Shown one piece after another: positions 36,403 through 46,474 of a DNA stretch of 64,000 nt; the stretch's first letter is position 1, and every line of letters starts with the position of its first letter. The notes beneath the pieces are model-generated. The model ran no database searches. It worked only from the letters and a program-made list of their open reading frames with translations, and had not been told where the DNA came from. The position numbers and the translations under genes are program-made. The stretch comes from Nemertoderma westbladi (Eukaryota > Animalia > Xenacoelomorpha). The DNA is taken from the NCBI GenBank assembly GCA_032718475.1, contig JAUCBJ010000071.1, positions 12,532 to 76,531 on the forward strand. The letters run 5' to 3'.

Positions 36403-36921
36403 ATGGATATTTTAAATGAAAAATGTCCAGTTTGCTATTCTAAGTTATTGCAACAACATCGAGATTATTATAAATGTGAAAATAAACATGCAACTTGCAT
36501 ACAATGTATTGTACAATATTCCGAAATGAATAATTATTGTTCTAAAATTTGTCCTATTTGTCGCGCACCCATATCTAAGTTTAATATAAAGTTGGCAAGA
36601 TACCAACCCTATTATTGGAAAGAGCTTCGCAATATAACTTATATTTCCGCGGAAAGTAATGATCCAGGAGATTTATTTACAATATTGGAGAATATTTTTT
36701 ATAGAAATGTAGTACGACGGTGTTGCTACTATATTCCTTATTTTTTAGCAGCGAACATAAAAAAATCATTAGCGCGAAATTCTCGGGAAGTGATTTCCAA
36801 ACCGCCGATGTTACCTATCATTATTTCGCATATAAAGATGCTCACCATGCTTGAAATTACATCAGTCTATACTATAATTGGAAATAGCACCTTTTGTTGC
36901 AGCGAGCGTCACATACTGTAG
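36403..36921 (+). CDS. RING-finger (C3HC4) protein, putative E3 ubiquitin ligase
   Basis: CPVC-x13-CENKHATCIQC-x13-CPICR. Confidence 0.8.
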   Translation: MDILNEKCPVCYSKLLQQHRDYYKCENKHATCIQCIVQYSEMNNYCSKICPICRAPISKFNIKLARYQPYYWKELRNITYISAESNDPGDLFTILENIFYRNVVRRCCYYIPYFLAANIKKSLARNSREVISKPPMLPIIISHIKMLTMLEITSVYTIIGNSTFCCSERHIL

Positions 36922-37070
36922 TGGCGTCATATGTTAATTAAATATACAGTACTCTAATATTGTAGTTACCTCAATTATTGTTATATACATAGTAATGGTG
37001 ATGGTTTATTGATATTGATATTTATATTATATTATATTGTATTGTTGATATATCTTAATAATAATAATAA

Positions 37071-37751
37071 ATGGCTGACTTTAATTCAGGTCCATATAAT
37101 TTAAACTTTCAAATGGGAACAAGTATGATAATTTCAGGGCCATCTGGTTCCGGAAAGTCAACCTTTGTAAGCAATTTAATTAAACACAAGAATGGTTGTT
37201 TCAACGAAGCCCCCTTGCGAGTATTGTATTGTTACGGGAGCAATCCCCCGACTATTCCCGGTATTACTCACCTTTACAAAGGCTTGCCCGAAAATATAGA
37301 TAGTTTAGTGAATAGTTGAGATTTATTAATTATAGATGATTTGTTAACAGAAACTGAGTCCAGTACAGCATTAACTATATTGTTTACTAAGGTAGCTCAT
37401 CATTCCAATATATTTATTTGTTTTATAACGCAAAACATGTTTTACGGTGGGAAGCATAACCGCACAAGATCAATTAATAGCCATACTTTAGTATTAATGA
37501 AAAATCCGAGAGACAGTCTATCAGTTTTAAATTTCGCGAAGCAGATGTTACCAGGGTAGACCAAATTTTTAGTTGATTCCTATCAAGATGCGACAATTCA
37601 ACCATTTTCACATTTCTTAATTGATTTACGACAGGAAACACCCGAACATTTAAGATTTAGATCGGATATATTTCATAATCATAATTGTTACATTAAAAAT
37701 TACATTGACTATAAACGTAGCGAAAATAGTAATAATAATAATGATAAATAA
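37071..37751 (+). pseudogene. FtsK/A32-like packaging ATPase with stops at 37317 and 37557
   Basis: Walker A GPSGSGKS, Walker B LLIIDD, then ITQNMF, RSINSH, KNPRD and LIDL, all in one frame. Confidence 0.9.
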
Positions 37752-37788
37752 TTAATATTTTGTAACAATTTTCAATAATGTTGCAACA

Positions 37789-38172
37789 ATGAATAGACTT
37801 GTGCAGAAATATCATAACGAACTGGAATTTCTACGCAGCGCTACCCCTCAACAAAGAACTTATTTTATTAACCATACCGTGAGTAACGAATTAATACGGC
37901 TCATTGTAAATACTGCATTAAATGTTCTAAAAGGTAATGTACAATTGACCCCTCATTCATTTAGAAATATTCACCGCTATAAGAAGGTATTGAAATCACT
38001 CAACCGTAAAACAAAAAATATATCAAGTTACAGAAAAAAGTTAAGCAATCAATCTGGAGGCATACTACCGTTTCTAATACCCTTACTCGGCATTGGTGCG
38101 AAACTCGCCGCGAGTGCCGGTGCCGCCGCCGCTGGAGCAGCTATTGCGAAAAAAATTAACCGTGGACGGTAA
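37789..38172 (+). CDS. Conserved small basic Polinton virion protein with a putative adenain-released hydrophobic/amphipathic C-terminal peptide
   Basis: ALNVLKGNVQLT..HRYKKVLKSL..QSGG|ILPFLIPLLG pattern, which I recall as typical of Polinton small ORFs. Confidence 0.7.
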   Translation: MNRLVQKYHNELEFLRSATPQQRTYFINHTVSNELIRLIVNTALNVLKGNVQLTPHSFRNIHRYKKVLKSLNRKTKNISSYRKKLSNQSGGILPFLIPLLGIGAKLAASAGAAAAGAAIAKKINRGR

Positions 38173-38174
38173 TA

Positions 38175-38345
38175 ATGGTTAAAACAGGAGTAACATTTAG
38201 AAAATTATATTTAGTATTGAGTAAACCATTAGCTACTGATTTAAAACCTCAAGATATACCTAGAGTAAATACTACAAAAAGAAAACCCTTCAAAACATCA
38301 ACTTCAAAGAAAATAATTAAAAAATTTCAGTTGTTCTTACGCTGA
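38175..38345 (+). CDS. Small basic ORF (56 aa), not in the ORF track
   Basis: MVKTGVTFRKLYLVLSKP...KKFQLFLR starts 2 nt after the previous stop. Confidence 0.45.
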   Translation: MVKTGVTFRKLYLVLSKPLATDLKPQDIPRVNTTKRKPFKTSTSKKIIKKFQLFLR

Positions 38346-38396
38346 TGCCCTTTATAAGAGATTTGAATATACATATTACTTGCGGTTGTCGAAAAG

Positions 38397-39488
38397 ATGC
38401 CACGCAAGATGAAACCGATTTTAAGCCGAAGCTTAGACAAAAAACTGTTAAGAATTTATTTAGATCCTTCATCCCCGGCGGGATTTGCAAGTGTTGCAAA
38501 ATTAGCAAAAGCTGCAAACATCAAACCAGCACAAGCCCAGAAATGGCTGAGCGGGCAAAAGACATACACCCTTCACGCTCCACGTAGATATCATTATCCA
38601 ACATCTAAAATATTTACGGGAGGCATAAAAGATATATATATGATAGATTTGGTGGATATGCAGCAATATAAATCGCAAAATAATAATTATAACTATATAT
38701 TAACATGTATTGATGCCTTCAGTCGGCTTGCTTTTGGCTATGGTATGAAAACAAAAAAGGGTATTGAAATTATTAGTATATTGCAAAAAATATTCCAGAA
38801 AGGAAAACCAAACAGAATCGCGACTGATCAAGGTTCTGAGTTTCTAAATAAATCTGTAAGGAAATATTTAGATACGTTAGGTATACAGTATTACGTAATG
38901 TACTCTGTGAATAAGGCGGCTATTGTTGAGAGATTCAATAGAACATTAAAAACAAAGATGTTCAAAATTTTCACGCAACGGGGAAATAATGTTTGGATAA
39001 AAATTTTACCTAAGCTTATCTCAGCTTATAATAGGTCATATCATAGGACAATACAAATGACTCCCATTGAAGTTAATAAATTTAATGAAACTGAATTAAT
39101 GAATAGATTATATGGGAAATATAGACAGATTAATCACAAGAAAATAAAATTTAAAGTTGGAGATACAGTACGATTATCTATCGCTCGTACTGCTTTTGCT
39201 AAAGGCTATCGAGAACAATGGACACGTGAATTATTTATTATTCATCGTGTCAGGTTGGATAGAGTACCAGCGGTAATGTTCGATATTAAGGACAGCGCTG
39301 GAGCTATAATAAATGGCTCATTTTATTCTCACGAACTCCAAAAGGTCCACCCGAATAGTAATATTTATCTTCCGATTGACAAAAAAAATATTGGCAAACT
39401 TAAAGAACGTGTACGCAATGGGAAGAAAGAATATTTAGTCCGATTCATTGGATCCAAGAAACAGTCGTGGGTACAGCATATTCAATAA
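38397..39488 (+). CDS. Retroviral-like (rve, DDE) integrase with a C-terminal chromodomain-like tail
   Basis: YTLH, IDLVDM, CIDAFSR, TDQGSEF, ERFNRTLK, YNRSYHRTI, FKVGDTVR, FYSHELQ and EYLVRF..SWV. Confidence 0.95.
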   Translation: MPRKMKPILSRSLDKKLLRIYLDPSSPAGFASVAKLAKAANIKPAQAQKWLSGQKTYTLHAPRRYHYPTSKIFTGGIKDIYMIDLVDMQQYKSQNNNYNYILTCIDAFSRLAFGYGMKTKKGIEIISILQKIFQKGKPNRIATDQGSEFLNKSVRKYLDTLGIQYYVMYSVNKAAIVERFNRTLKTKMFKIFTQRGNNVWIKILPKLISAYNRSYHRTIQMTPIEVNKFNETELMNRLYGKYRQINHKKIKFKVGDTVRLSIARTAFAKGYREQWTRELFIIHRVRLDRVPAVMFDIKDSAGAIINGSFYSHELQKVHPNSNIYLPIDKKNIGKLKERVRNGKKEYLVRFIGSKKQSWVQHIQ

Positions 39489-39733
39489 GCTTAGGTTTAT
39501 ACTGTATATTAATTCATTTTGGTCGCATATGACCGTAATTAATCAATATTAACTCGAATGATATTACTATATCTATAGTTCATCCGCTTTAAATAAAGCC
39601 AGTAAAATATTGATCCCTCGCATATACTGTAGAAGATGCGACAATAAACGTGGTCACAGATGTCTATAATTTAACATTATACTGTATGTACAATGGAGTC
39701 AAGTAGAGAGAGCGAGCTTAAATAATAATAATA

Positions 39734-40605
39734 ATGGCCACAGATACATATATCACTCTACTTTCAGATAGCTCATTAAACACTTACCCCAATAATAATC
39801 CTAGTGAGTTTACTTTTGATTTAGCCGAAGAATTATATATTGGTCCAAACGCTAAAATTGGGCTTGCCGAGCTTCAATCCAAGCAACATACAGTAATATT
39901 ACGCTGCAAACTCAAATCTCGCTGTCAATCGGGGTAGATGCAAAAGATGCCAAATTATATAGTTTATTTCCTGGTATGCATAACTCTATTCAAGTCATTA
40001 TTGATGATATAAATAAACTGTTTAATTCTGAAGCGAAATATAGAGATTTCGAATTCATTTTTAATACAAATAATTCTAGAATTAAATTTAAATTTCCTAA
40101 AAAGTTGAAAAAAATACAATTAAGTCTACGTGGTGATTTAATACAAATTCTAGGCTTAAAACCGTTATTGGATCGGAATCATCCGGATATTCCGAATTGG
40201 GATATATACAGTACCACTACAGTAGATGAATTAAGCAATATAGAACAGCCGATATTAATTTTAAATTATAGCGGGCCAAAAATTTCGGAAATTGGCATTT
40301 TAGATTTTCCAGCTCCCACGAATATAACACGTGATAAAGACACTATCTTTATATATACAGATATTATTAAGAGCTCATTTGTTGGTGACGCTTTAGCTCC
40401 GCTCTTAAGAACCTGCCCTTTAACGCAATTAAATCGAAAATATATTAATCACGAATACGAGAGCATTTGCTATTACCCATTGTTGAATAAAAAACTAAAA
40501 ACAATCTTAATTACTTTACGTGACGGCCAAGGCCAATTAATTAACTTCAGCGGAGGTCGCACTGTTATAACACTTAAGTTAATACGGGGTGGTAGTGATG
40601 GATGA
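39734..40605 (+). pseudogene. Minor capsid (penton-like) protein 1, frameshift near 39880
   Basis: YITLLSDSS..YPNN.PSEF..L..IGLAEL at the N-terminus; FIYTDII..SFVGD..APLLR, YYPL and LRDGQG..INF..G.TVITL at the C-terminus. Confidence 0.82.
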
Positions 40606-41443
40606 ATTCTACGTTAGACTACTGAGTAACTCCTGTCCAATTGATTTTCCCCGCAATAGCGCTAGTAATTATCAGATAAATTTCCACGGCGCCTTACCTA
40701 TAAATCCAAACGAAAACTGGGTGGTAGGTATAAAAAGTATATTTTACTTAGCAACGTTGCCATCCATGTATAACAATGTAGAGAATGTTATTTTATTAAA
40801 AAAAGGGAAAAAAATTTTTGAGGATACACTTCCATCTGGTTTGTTCTACAGTATCAATGACATTATAGATTATTTTAACACGGGGGCGTTGAAAGATAAA
40901 TTACAAATAGTTGAAAATACTCAGCAAAATAGGTTGCAATTTATTTTAGGGAAAACTGTGCGAGAGTTATTTATAGGTCAACAATTAGCCTATTATTTTG
41001 GAATTACTGAAAATAATCTCGGCGCGAATTTAAATCCAAATTTTAAAATTATTTTGAAGACAAAAAATAACATAAAGGGTTATTTAATAAAGGTTATCAG
41101 AAATGGAGAAAAATCTTACCAAATGGTATTTTTATGCCCTCAACCACCCAATTCTATTCCAGAACCTAAGTCGAACATGTACGTGACTACTAATATAATT
41201 GAAAATCAATATATTAACGATTTTGGTTTAGCTTTACTTCGCCGTGTTGCGATACCTGATGACGTGAAATATGGTAGCGTAATAAATAAAGAATTTGTCA
41301 AGGATACAATTCATTATATCCCTGTAAAAAAATCATATAAGATAACATACATTCATATTGAAATAACAGACAAAGAAGGAAAAGATTTGAATTTTGAATA
41401 CGGGACAACATCTATTACATTACACTTTAAACGAATAAATTAA
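40598..41443 (+). CDS. Minor capsid (penton-like) protein 2
   Basis: FYVRLLSNS...FP.NSASNY..W.VGI; MYVTTNIIENQ..LLR..; HYIPV; IEITDKEG..LNF..G...ITLHFKR. Confidence 0.82.
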   Translation: MDEFYVRLLSNSCPIDFPRNSASNYQINFHGALPINPNENWVVGIKSIFYLATLPSMYNNVENVILLKKGKKIFEDTLPSGLFYSINDIIDYFNTGALKDKLQIVENTQQNRLQFILGKTVRELFIGQQLAYYFGITENNLGANLNPNFKIILKTKNNIKGYLIKVIRNGEKSYQMVFLCPQPPNSIPEPKSNMYVTTNIIENQYINDFGLALLRRVAIPDDVKYGSVINKEFVKDTIHYIPVKKSYKITYIHIEITDKEGKDLNFEYGTTSITLHFKRIN

Positions 41444-41444
41444 A

Positions 41445-42005
41445 ATGGATTCTGATTTATTTCAAAGATACAGTAAACCTCAATATGGTGGTGCAGACTC
41501 TAATCTTGCTGTTTTTAAAGGTGGAAGAAGTACCAGAGGTTCCACGCAAGTCCCTGTTTTTCGTGGTGGTTCATATATTGACCCTTACGGTCGACAAATT
41601 GGCGCATTTGGTCCAAACTTAAAACAACGTCGATTTCAACGTTATCCTAGAGGTATGCAGGCAAATCAACACGGAGAAGGTATATTTACAGACGCTTTAT
41701 CGACATTGAAAAAATTTGGTAAGCCATTAGCAAAAAAAGTGTTACAAAAAGCTTTACCATTTACCACAAAATTTATGAGACAACACGTAATACCAAAAGG
41801 TAAGCGGGTCTTACATCAGCAGGCTAATACGGTTATTAATAAAGCATTAAATAAAATGAAACCGTCAATAAGGTCAGTTGTAGAAAAAGTTTATAGAGAT
41901 TTAAAGCGACCTGCTAGACCAATGTCTATGAACATACATCATCGACGTAGTAAAAAGAGAAATATAAAAGGCAAACTGAAACACTGCGAAAAAAGTATTT
42001 TTTAA
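41445..42005 (+). CDS. Basic core (pVII/pX-like) protein with putative adenain cleavage sites
   Basis: Y..PQYGG, VFKGG, VFRGG and QHGEG|IF..L followed by an amphipathic basic helix; Arg/Lys rich; directly upstream of the major capsid gene. Confidence 0.7.
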   Translation: MDSDLFQRYSKPQYGGADSNLAVFKGGRSTRGSTQVPVFRGGSYIDPYGRQIGAFGPNLKQRRFQRYPRGMQANQHGEGIFTDALSTLKKFGKPLAKKVLQKALPFTTKFMRQHVIPKGKRVLHQQANTVINKALNKMKPSIRSVVEKVYRDLKRPARPMSMNIHHRRSKKRNIKGKLKHCEKSIF

Positions 42006-42007
42006 TA

Positions 42008-43269
42008 ATGTCAATTATTAAGGAATTGGATTTATTTTCTACATAACCAATACAGACTGAATTTAAAGCAAAGCATTATGAAACAATTTACCCCGTATCT
42101 AATCTCAGAAGTGAGTCTAGGGAAGTCACGTTCCTTGTACCGAGATCCAATTAATTCTATATGAAACTGCAAGATGCGTTATTAATTACAAAATGTACTG
42201 TACGCTGGGATAGACGACTTGAAAACTCCCATATTTATATGTTGAATTACCCCGCTGGAACTATGTGGAGTGATATTAAAATAGACCTTAATGAGAAGCA
42301 GGTTGAAAATAGCAATAACCATTATTTCTACAAGTCGTACTTATCCAATTTATTATTTACAACTTACGAGGATAAAAATGGGCTACTGGGTGCGGGTGGC
42401 TTTCATCAACCTTTATCTGAACACGGAAATGAAATTAATGCCGGCGCGCATCCTATTGACGAGGCCTTTAGTAAACAAATGCAATTTGTAAGTGGATTGA
42501 CGATTGATTTTGATACTGAAAGCAAAATAATACAACCCGGGTATGATTTAAGAATGCATTTTAGAAAAGTATCAAATTCGTTTATTTTTAAAATCACTCC
42601 AAATGCAAACGCTGTGACAAATCTTCGGCTAGAATTAGATGAAATAAAGATCCTAATCCCTAGAATGGAGGTTAATCCGGTAATAGAAAGCAGTCACCTA
42701 AAAGGTTTAGAGAGTTACGATATTGAATATCAATTCCAAAAAAAGGAGGTGACAACATTTACTATTCCCGCTCAAACCACAAATTACACCCAAACAAACA
42801 TATTTGATGGTAAAAAACCCAAATTAGTTATTATCGGCTTCATAACAAATAACGCTTATTCGGAAGAATTAATTAGCAATCCTTTGAAATTTGAACATTT
42901 TAACCTTTTAGACGCGCGGAACTGATTGTAGACGGTCTTCCAGTAGGGGGTGTAATATACGAGCCTAATTTTACAGATGGAACATACATTTTTGAGTATA
43001 CTCAATTAATGAAGAACATTAATACATATATTAACGGTTATGGTGGTAATAATATAGACCATGAAACCTACTTAGGTAATTGCCCCCTCCTATCCTGGGA
43101 CCTAACCGCCGACGGCTATGTTAGAGATCCGCAACCGTCGATATATACTAACGGCCAATTAAAATTAAGATTTGCCGAACCGTTGGTTGAAACCATAAAT
43201 GTAATCGTTTTTAATATTTATGATCAATCATTAAGTTTAAATAGCAGGAAAGAAATACATATCGATTAA
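42008..43269 (+). pseudogene. Major capsid protein (double jelly-roll, hexon-like), two TAA stops (42044, 42152) and a frameshift near 42920
   Basis: ELDLFS..PIQT..YP; MWSDIKIDLN..Y.YKSY; P.LVIIGF.TN.AY..NP..FEHF; G..L.SWDLTAD; LRFAEPL.ETINVIV. Confidence 0.9.
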
Positions 43270-43271
43270 GT

Positions 43272-43724
43272 ATGTTATCTACAGAGGACCTTGATATGTT
43301 TCCAGTGGGTGGTCACTATTTGGGAGTGTTTCCAGCTAATAAATTACCTAAATTAGATAATAATAAGCGGCAGGATTATGGGTTAATAGTAAATACCGAT
43401 AAAGAGCATCTGCCCGGGATTCATTGGATCGCAATATATATACGAGATAATGATGCCGAAGTATTTGACTCGTTTGGACCAAAATATCCAAACAGATGCA
43501 TTGAAAAATGGCTTGAGAAAAATTCCGCAAGATGGCGTACTACTCGCAAACAATTTCAAGACCCAAGGAGGACCATATGCGGCCTATACTGTCTTTATTA
43601 CTTGGTAAATCGAATTCACACAAACTATCCAATAAGAGCGTTTACAAATAATGTGGAAATAAATGAAATAATATTATATAAATGGCTTGTTAATTATTAT
43701 AAAATAAACCAACAAGCGTTGTAA
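43272..43724 (+). CDS. Adenain-like cysteine (maturation) protease
   Basis: GVFPAN.LP, VNTD..PGIHWIA (His), FDSFG (Asp), Q...CGLYC (Gln and Cys); the catalytic set appears intact. Confidence 0.92.
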   Translation: MLSTEDLDMFPVGGHYLGVFPANKLPKLDNNKRQDYGLIVNTDKEHLPGIHWIAIYIRDNDAEVFDSFGPKYPNRCIEKWLEKNSARWRTTRKQFQDPRRTICGLYCLYYLVNRIHTNYPIRAFTNNVEINEIILYKWLVNYYKINQQAL

Positions 43725-43755
43725 TTAATCATTTAGCTTTTGTTTATCAGATAAA

Positions 43756-44352
43756 ATGGATAATATTATTTTTGTTGATTTTCAATATTATAAGATAGAC
43801 AATAAAGAGTATCCGGTAGTATTTAAAGAATTTGCTATATTCGATTCTAATTACACCAAAACTAATGTAAAGACGTTTTTAATTAAAGGCCCACCTAATA
43901 TTAAGTTATCAGCATTAGATGCAGCCCACGTAAACAATTCACGGGATATGACTTCTCACTTGCCCTGGAACTACGGGGACATTTTGCAAGATGACTTTAA
44001 AAAATATATGAAGAGACATTTAAAATATAAAAAAAATATTCATGTATTTGGGTTGATGAAGCGGTCAATATTAGTTTCCCAACTCGATGTTCTCGCGCCA
44101 AATTCGGTGGAGAAATTGGGAATATATAAGCAATATCACGATTATTTAACCCCTTGTCGCTTCCACGATCAATTTACTACAGTAGAAAATAAATGTGCGT
44201 TCTACTTAAACATAAGGGATAACTGTCTGCGATACTGCTCAGCAAAACGCGTTGGGGGGTATGAGATGCTACACTTTTTCATGAGAAAGCGTTTAACTGC
44301 GACTGATGATGATAAACAGAAAGAAATAACTGCGGTGGAAGATGTACTGTAG
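43756..44352 (+). CDS. DEDD 3'-5' exonuclease-fold protein, degenerate active site
   Basis: IFVDFQ..VFKEFA..HLPWNYGD..HVFG..K..C.FH..CA pattern. Confidence 0.6.
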   Translation: MDNIIFVDFQYYKIDNKEYPVVFKEFAIFDSNYTKTNVKTFLIKGPPNIKLSALDAAHVNNSRDMTSHLPWNYGDILQDDFKKYMKRHLKYKKNIHVFGLMKRSILVSQLDVLAPNSVEKLGIYKQYHDYLTPCRFHDQFTTVENKCAFYLNIRDNCLRYCSAKRVGGYEMLHFFMRKRLTATDDDKQKEITAVEDVL

Positions 44353-44989
44353 GTTTACTCTAAGCATGTAATGTGATGGGATAATATATTTGTTTTAATG
44401 TCAATAAAAAATAATAAAAACATTAAAATATTTTTTTATATCGCTGTTTACACTCACAAACACACCAGACCTACCGGTAGCCCTCTGTTGTATCAGAGTT
44501 TAACTACCAGTAGCTAGCTGACTTTACACATACAGACATATAGAATGGCGGAATGGCGCCCTTCTAGACTGACTGCAACCACAAGGTTTTAGCGTTACTT
44601 ACTAAATTAACTCAACATGGAGGGTTCGTGAATGCTGCATTAGAGAGGCCTACTGGTACCGACGGCCCTGTAGCCCAGTACTTGAGGATAGAGCAAGAGC
44701 ATACCGGTTTCTTTGATTTAAGGATTACACTATTACACTTGAATGCTTCCAATTTTCTGTTTACAACTTTAATTGGTCTAATCTACATTACTGCGGGCGG
44801 GCTACTACTGTCGCATAGGTAAGCCTATACAGCTATAGTTAACTTTATGCGGGGGCCCTTTTTCGAATGTTGACCCAATATGGTTTATGGTTAACCTTTA
44901 GTACTCGCGGATAGGTAAGGTACACTTTCATTCGGTTAGGCATATAGGCCTAATGACTTACTCCTCAACTGAAAGTTGACTAGCTCATT

Positions 44990-45250
44990 GATACAATAGG
45001 TGTGGTTAGGTACCGGTAGCGCTATAGGTCCTATAAAATCCCCTCGCACTCTCTGTTACTAACTTTCTACATTCACTCTATGTTGTATGCTTCTTTACAG
45101 TTAGGGGCGCCATCATTCAACCAGTCATATAATGGCTCCACTCGGATACAATAGGTGTGGCTCGCGGTATACCTAACTAAGCCTATATAAAATCCACCCC
45201 ATTCTCTGTTACTAACATTCACTCTATGTTGACGGGGGACTATATAAAAC
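44990..45250 (+). promoter_or_regulatory. Two direct repeats of about 90 bp, each containing a TATA box, plus a third TATA box
   Basis: GATACAATAGGTGTGG...CTATA(TA)AAATCC...TCTCTGTTACTAAC..CATTCACTCTATGTTG at about 44990 and 45145; CTATATAAAAC at about 45240. Confidence 0.55.
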
Positions 45251-45464
45251 ATAGTTAATTTATTTATGTATTCGCTTTTTTTAAATTAGATATAAAATAG
45301 ATTCAGTCTACTAAGTTTTATAAGCAACAATAACTGATAACAATAACAACAACAACAACACAAAATTTATTACTGTATTATACTTTTTATAGTCCTATAT
45401 GTGGGTCCCTCTGTAGAGTTTCCTCCATTACCGGTACCTGTAAATGGTTGTTTATAGGCCTAAC

Positions 45465-45791
45465 TTATACCGGTCTTTGTGTTGGTATATTGAAGTGAAG
45501 CGTATCATCAACATCATTCTCCCAATTTTCACTAGAGGGTGAGCTTCCCGATATTTGCGGTTGTATCTTTATAACAAGCGAGAAATCTTTTGAAATTTCA
45601 ACCTTTGTAGGCGATAAAGGTAGACCTACTCCATATTCTACCGAAGTAAACCCAATCTCAAATTTTTTGTTTATATATCGCAACTCCATCTCAGCAATAT
45701 TGGATGCTGAGAGATATGTTTCGTCGCTTGATTGCAATTGGATTTTGATACAACTTTTCAACTCACGGTTATTGAAAAAGGCGAATGTCAT
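45465..45791 (-). CDS. Polinton orphan ORF (108 aa)
   Basis: Open frame co-oriented with the TBP-like and PolB genes, followed by a minus-strand AATAAA near 45370. No recognisable motif. Confidence 0.4.
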   Translation of the reverse strand: MTFAFFNNRELKSCIKIQLQSSDETYLSASNIAEMELRYINKKFEIGFTSVEYGVGLPLSPTKVEISKDFSLVIKIQPQISGSSPSSENWENDVDDTLHFNIPTQRPV

Positions 45792-46474
45792 CTTCGAGTT
45801 GAGGTAAGTTGTCGTCGTCGTCGTAACTAGGTACCGGAAAGAATATCTTTAAATTGAATAGGTAGGCCTACTGATATTTTTTCTTCTTTTGTTTAACAAA
45901 ATTATAGTTCACTGTCAGAAAAATTGAGTTTATATATATTTTTGTAGAGGGTCGCAGATGTGTACATTACAAAATTCCCATAGTTAACAAAATGCACAAC
46001 ATAAACCTTTCCCATGCGGATTAGCGATATATGCTCTGTTCGTTGTTCTATTCTGAATGTAGGGAGATGCATAGCCGATGTTTTAATGATATGTACCGGT
46101 ATACAGACTAGTAACAGATAGGAGGGCATTGTCTTTGACTATGAATACCAGCACATAGCCCTAATCTTTTCTCACCGAGCTTAGCGTTGCCCACCGCACT
46201 CACGCACACTCATAAGTAACAGATGCGCTATTGTAACTCACTCGTGAGCAACAAGGCCAAGTTAGCTAGCTAGCTACAGCCCCTGAGTATACTATGCCTA
46301 CTTGAGTGTTACAAGCAGCAATCGCTCTACCGAAGTTAATTTCCCCTCAAACTAGTTGTTGATTTTAAAAAAAAAAATATTCATAATTTTTTTCCAACCA
46401 ATTTAATATATATATATTTTACAGTAAAAATCTCCACCACCAAACAGCAACAACAACAATAAATTTCACTCACA

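Noticed and set aside
37060-43760. Poxvirus-type TAAATG late promoters at Polinton start codons
   Set aside because: TAA(A)ATG junctions are expected from tight stop-start packing in AT-rich DNA.
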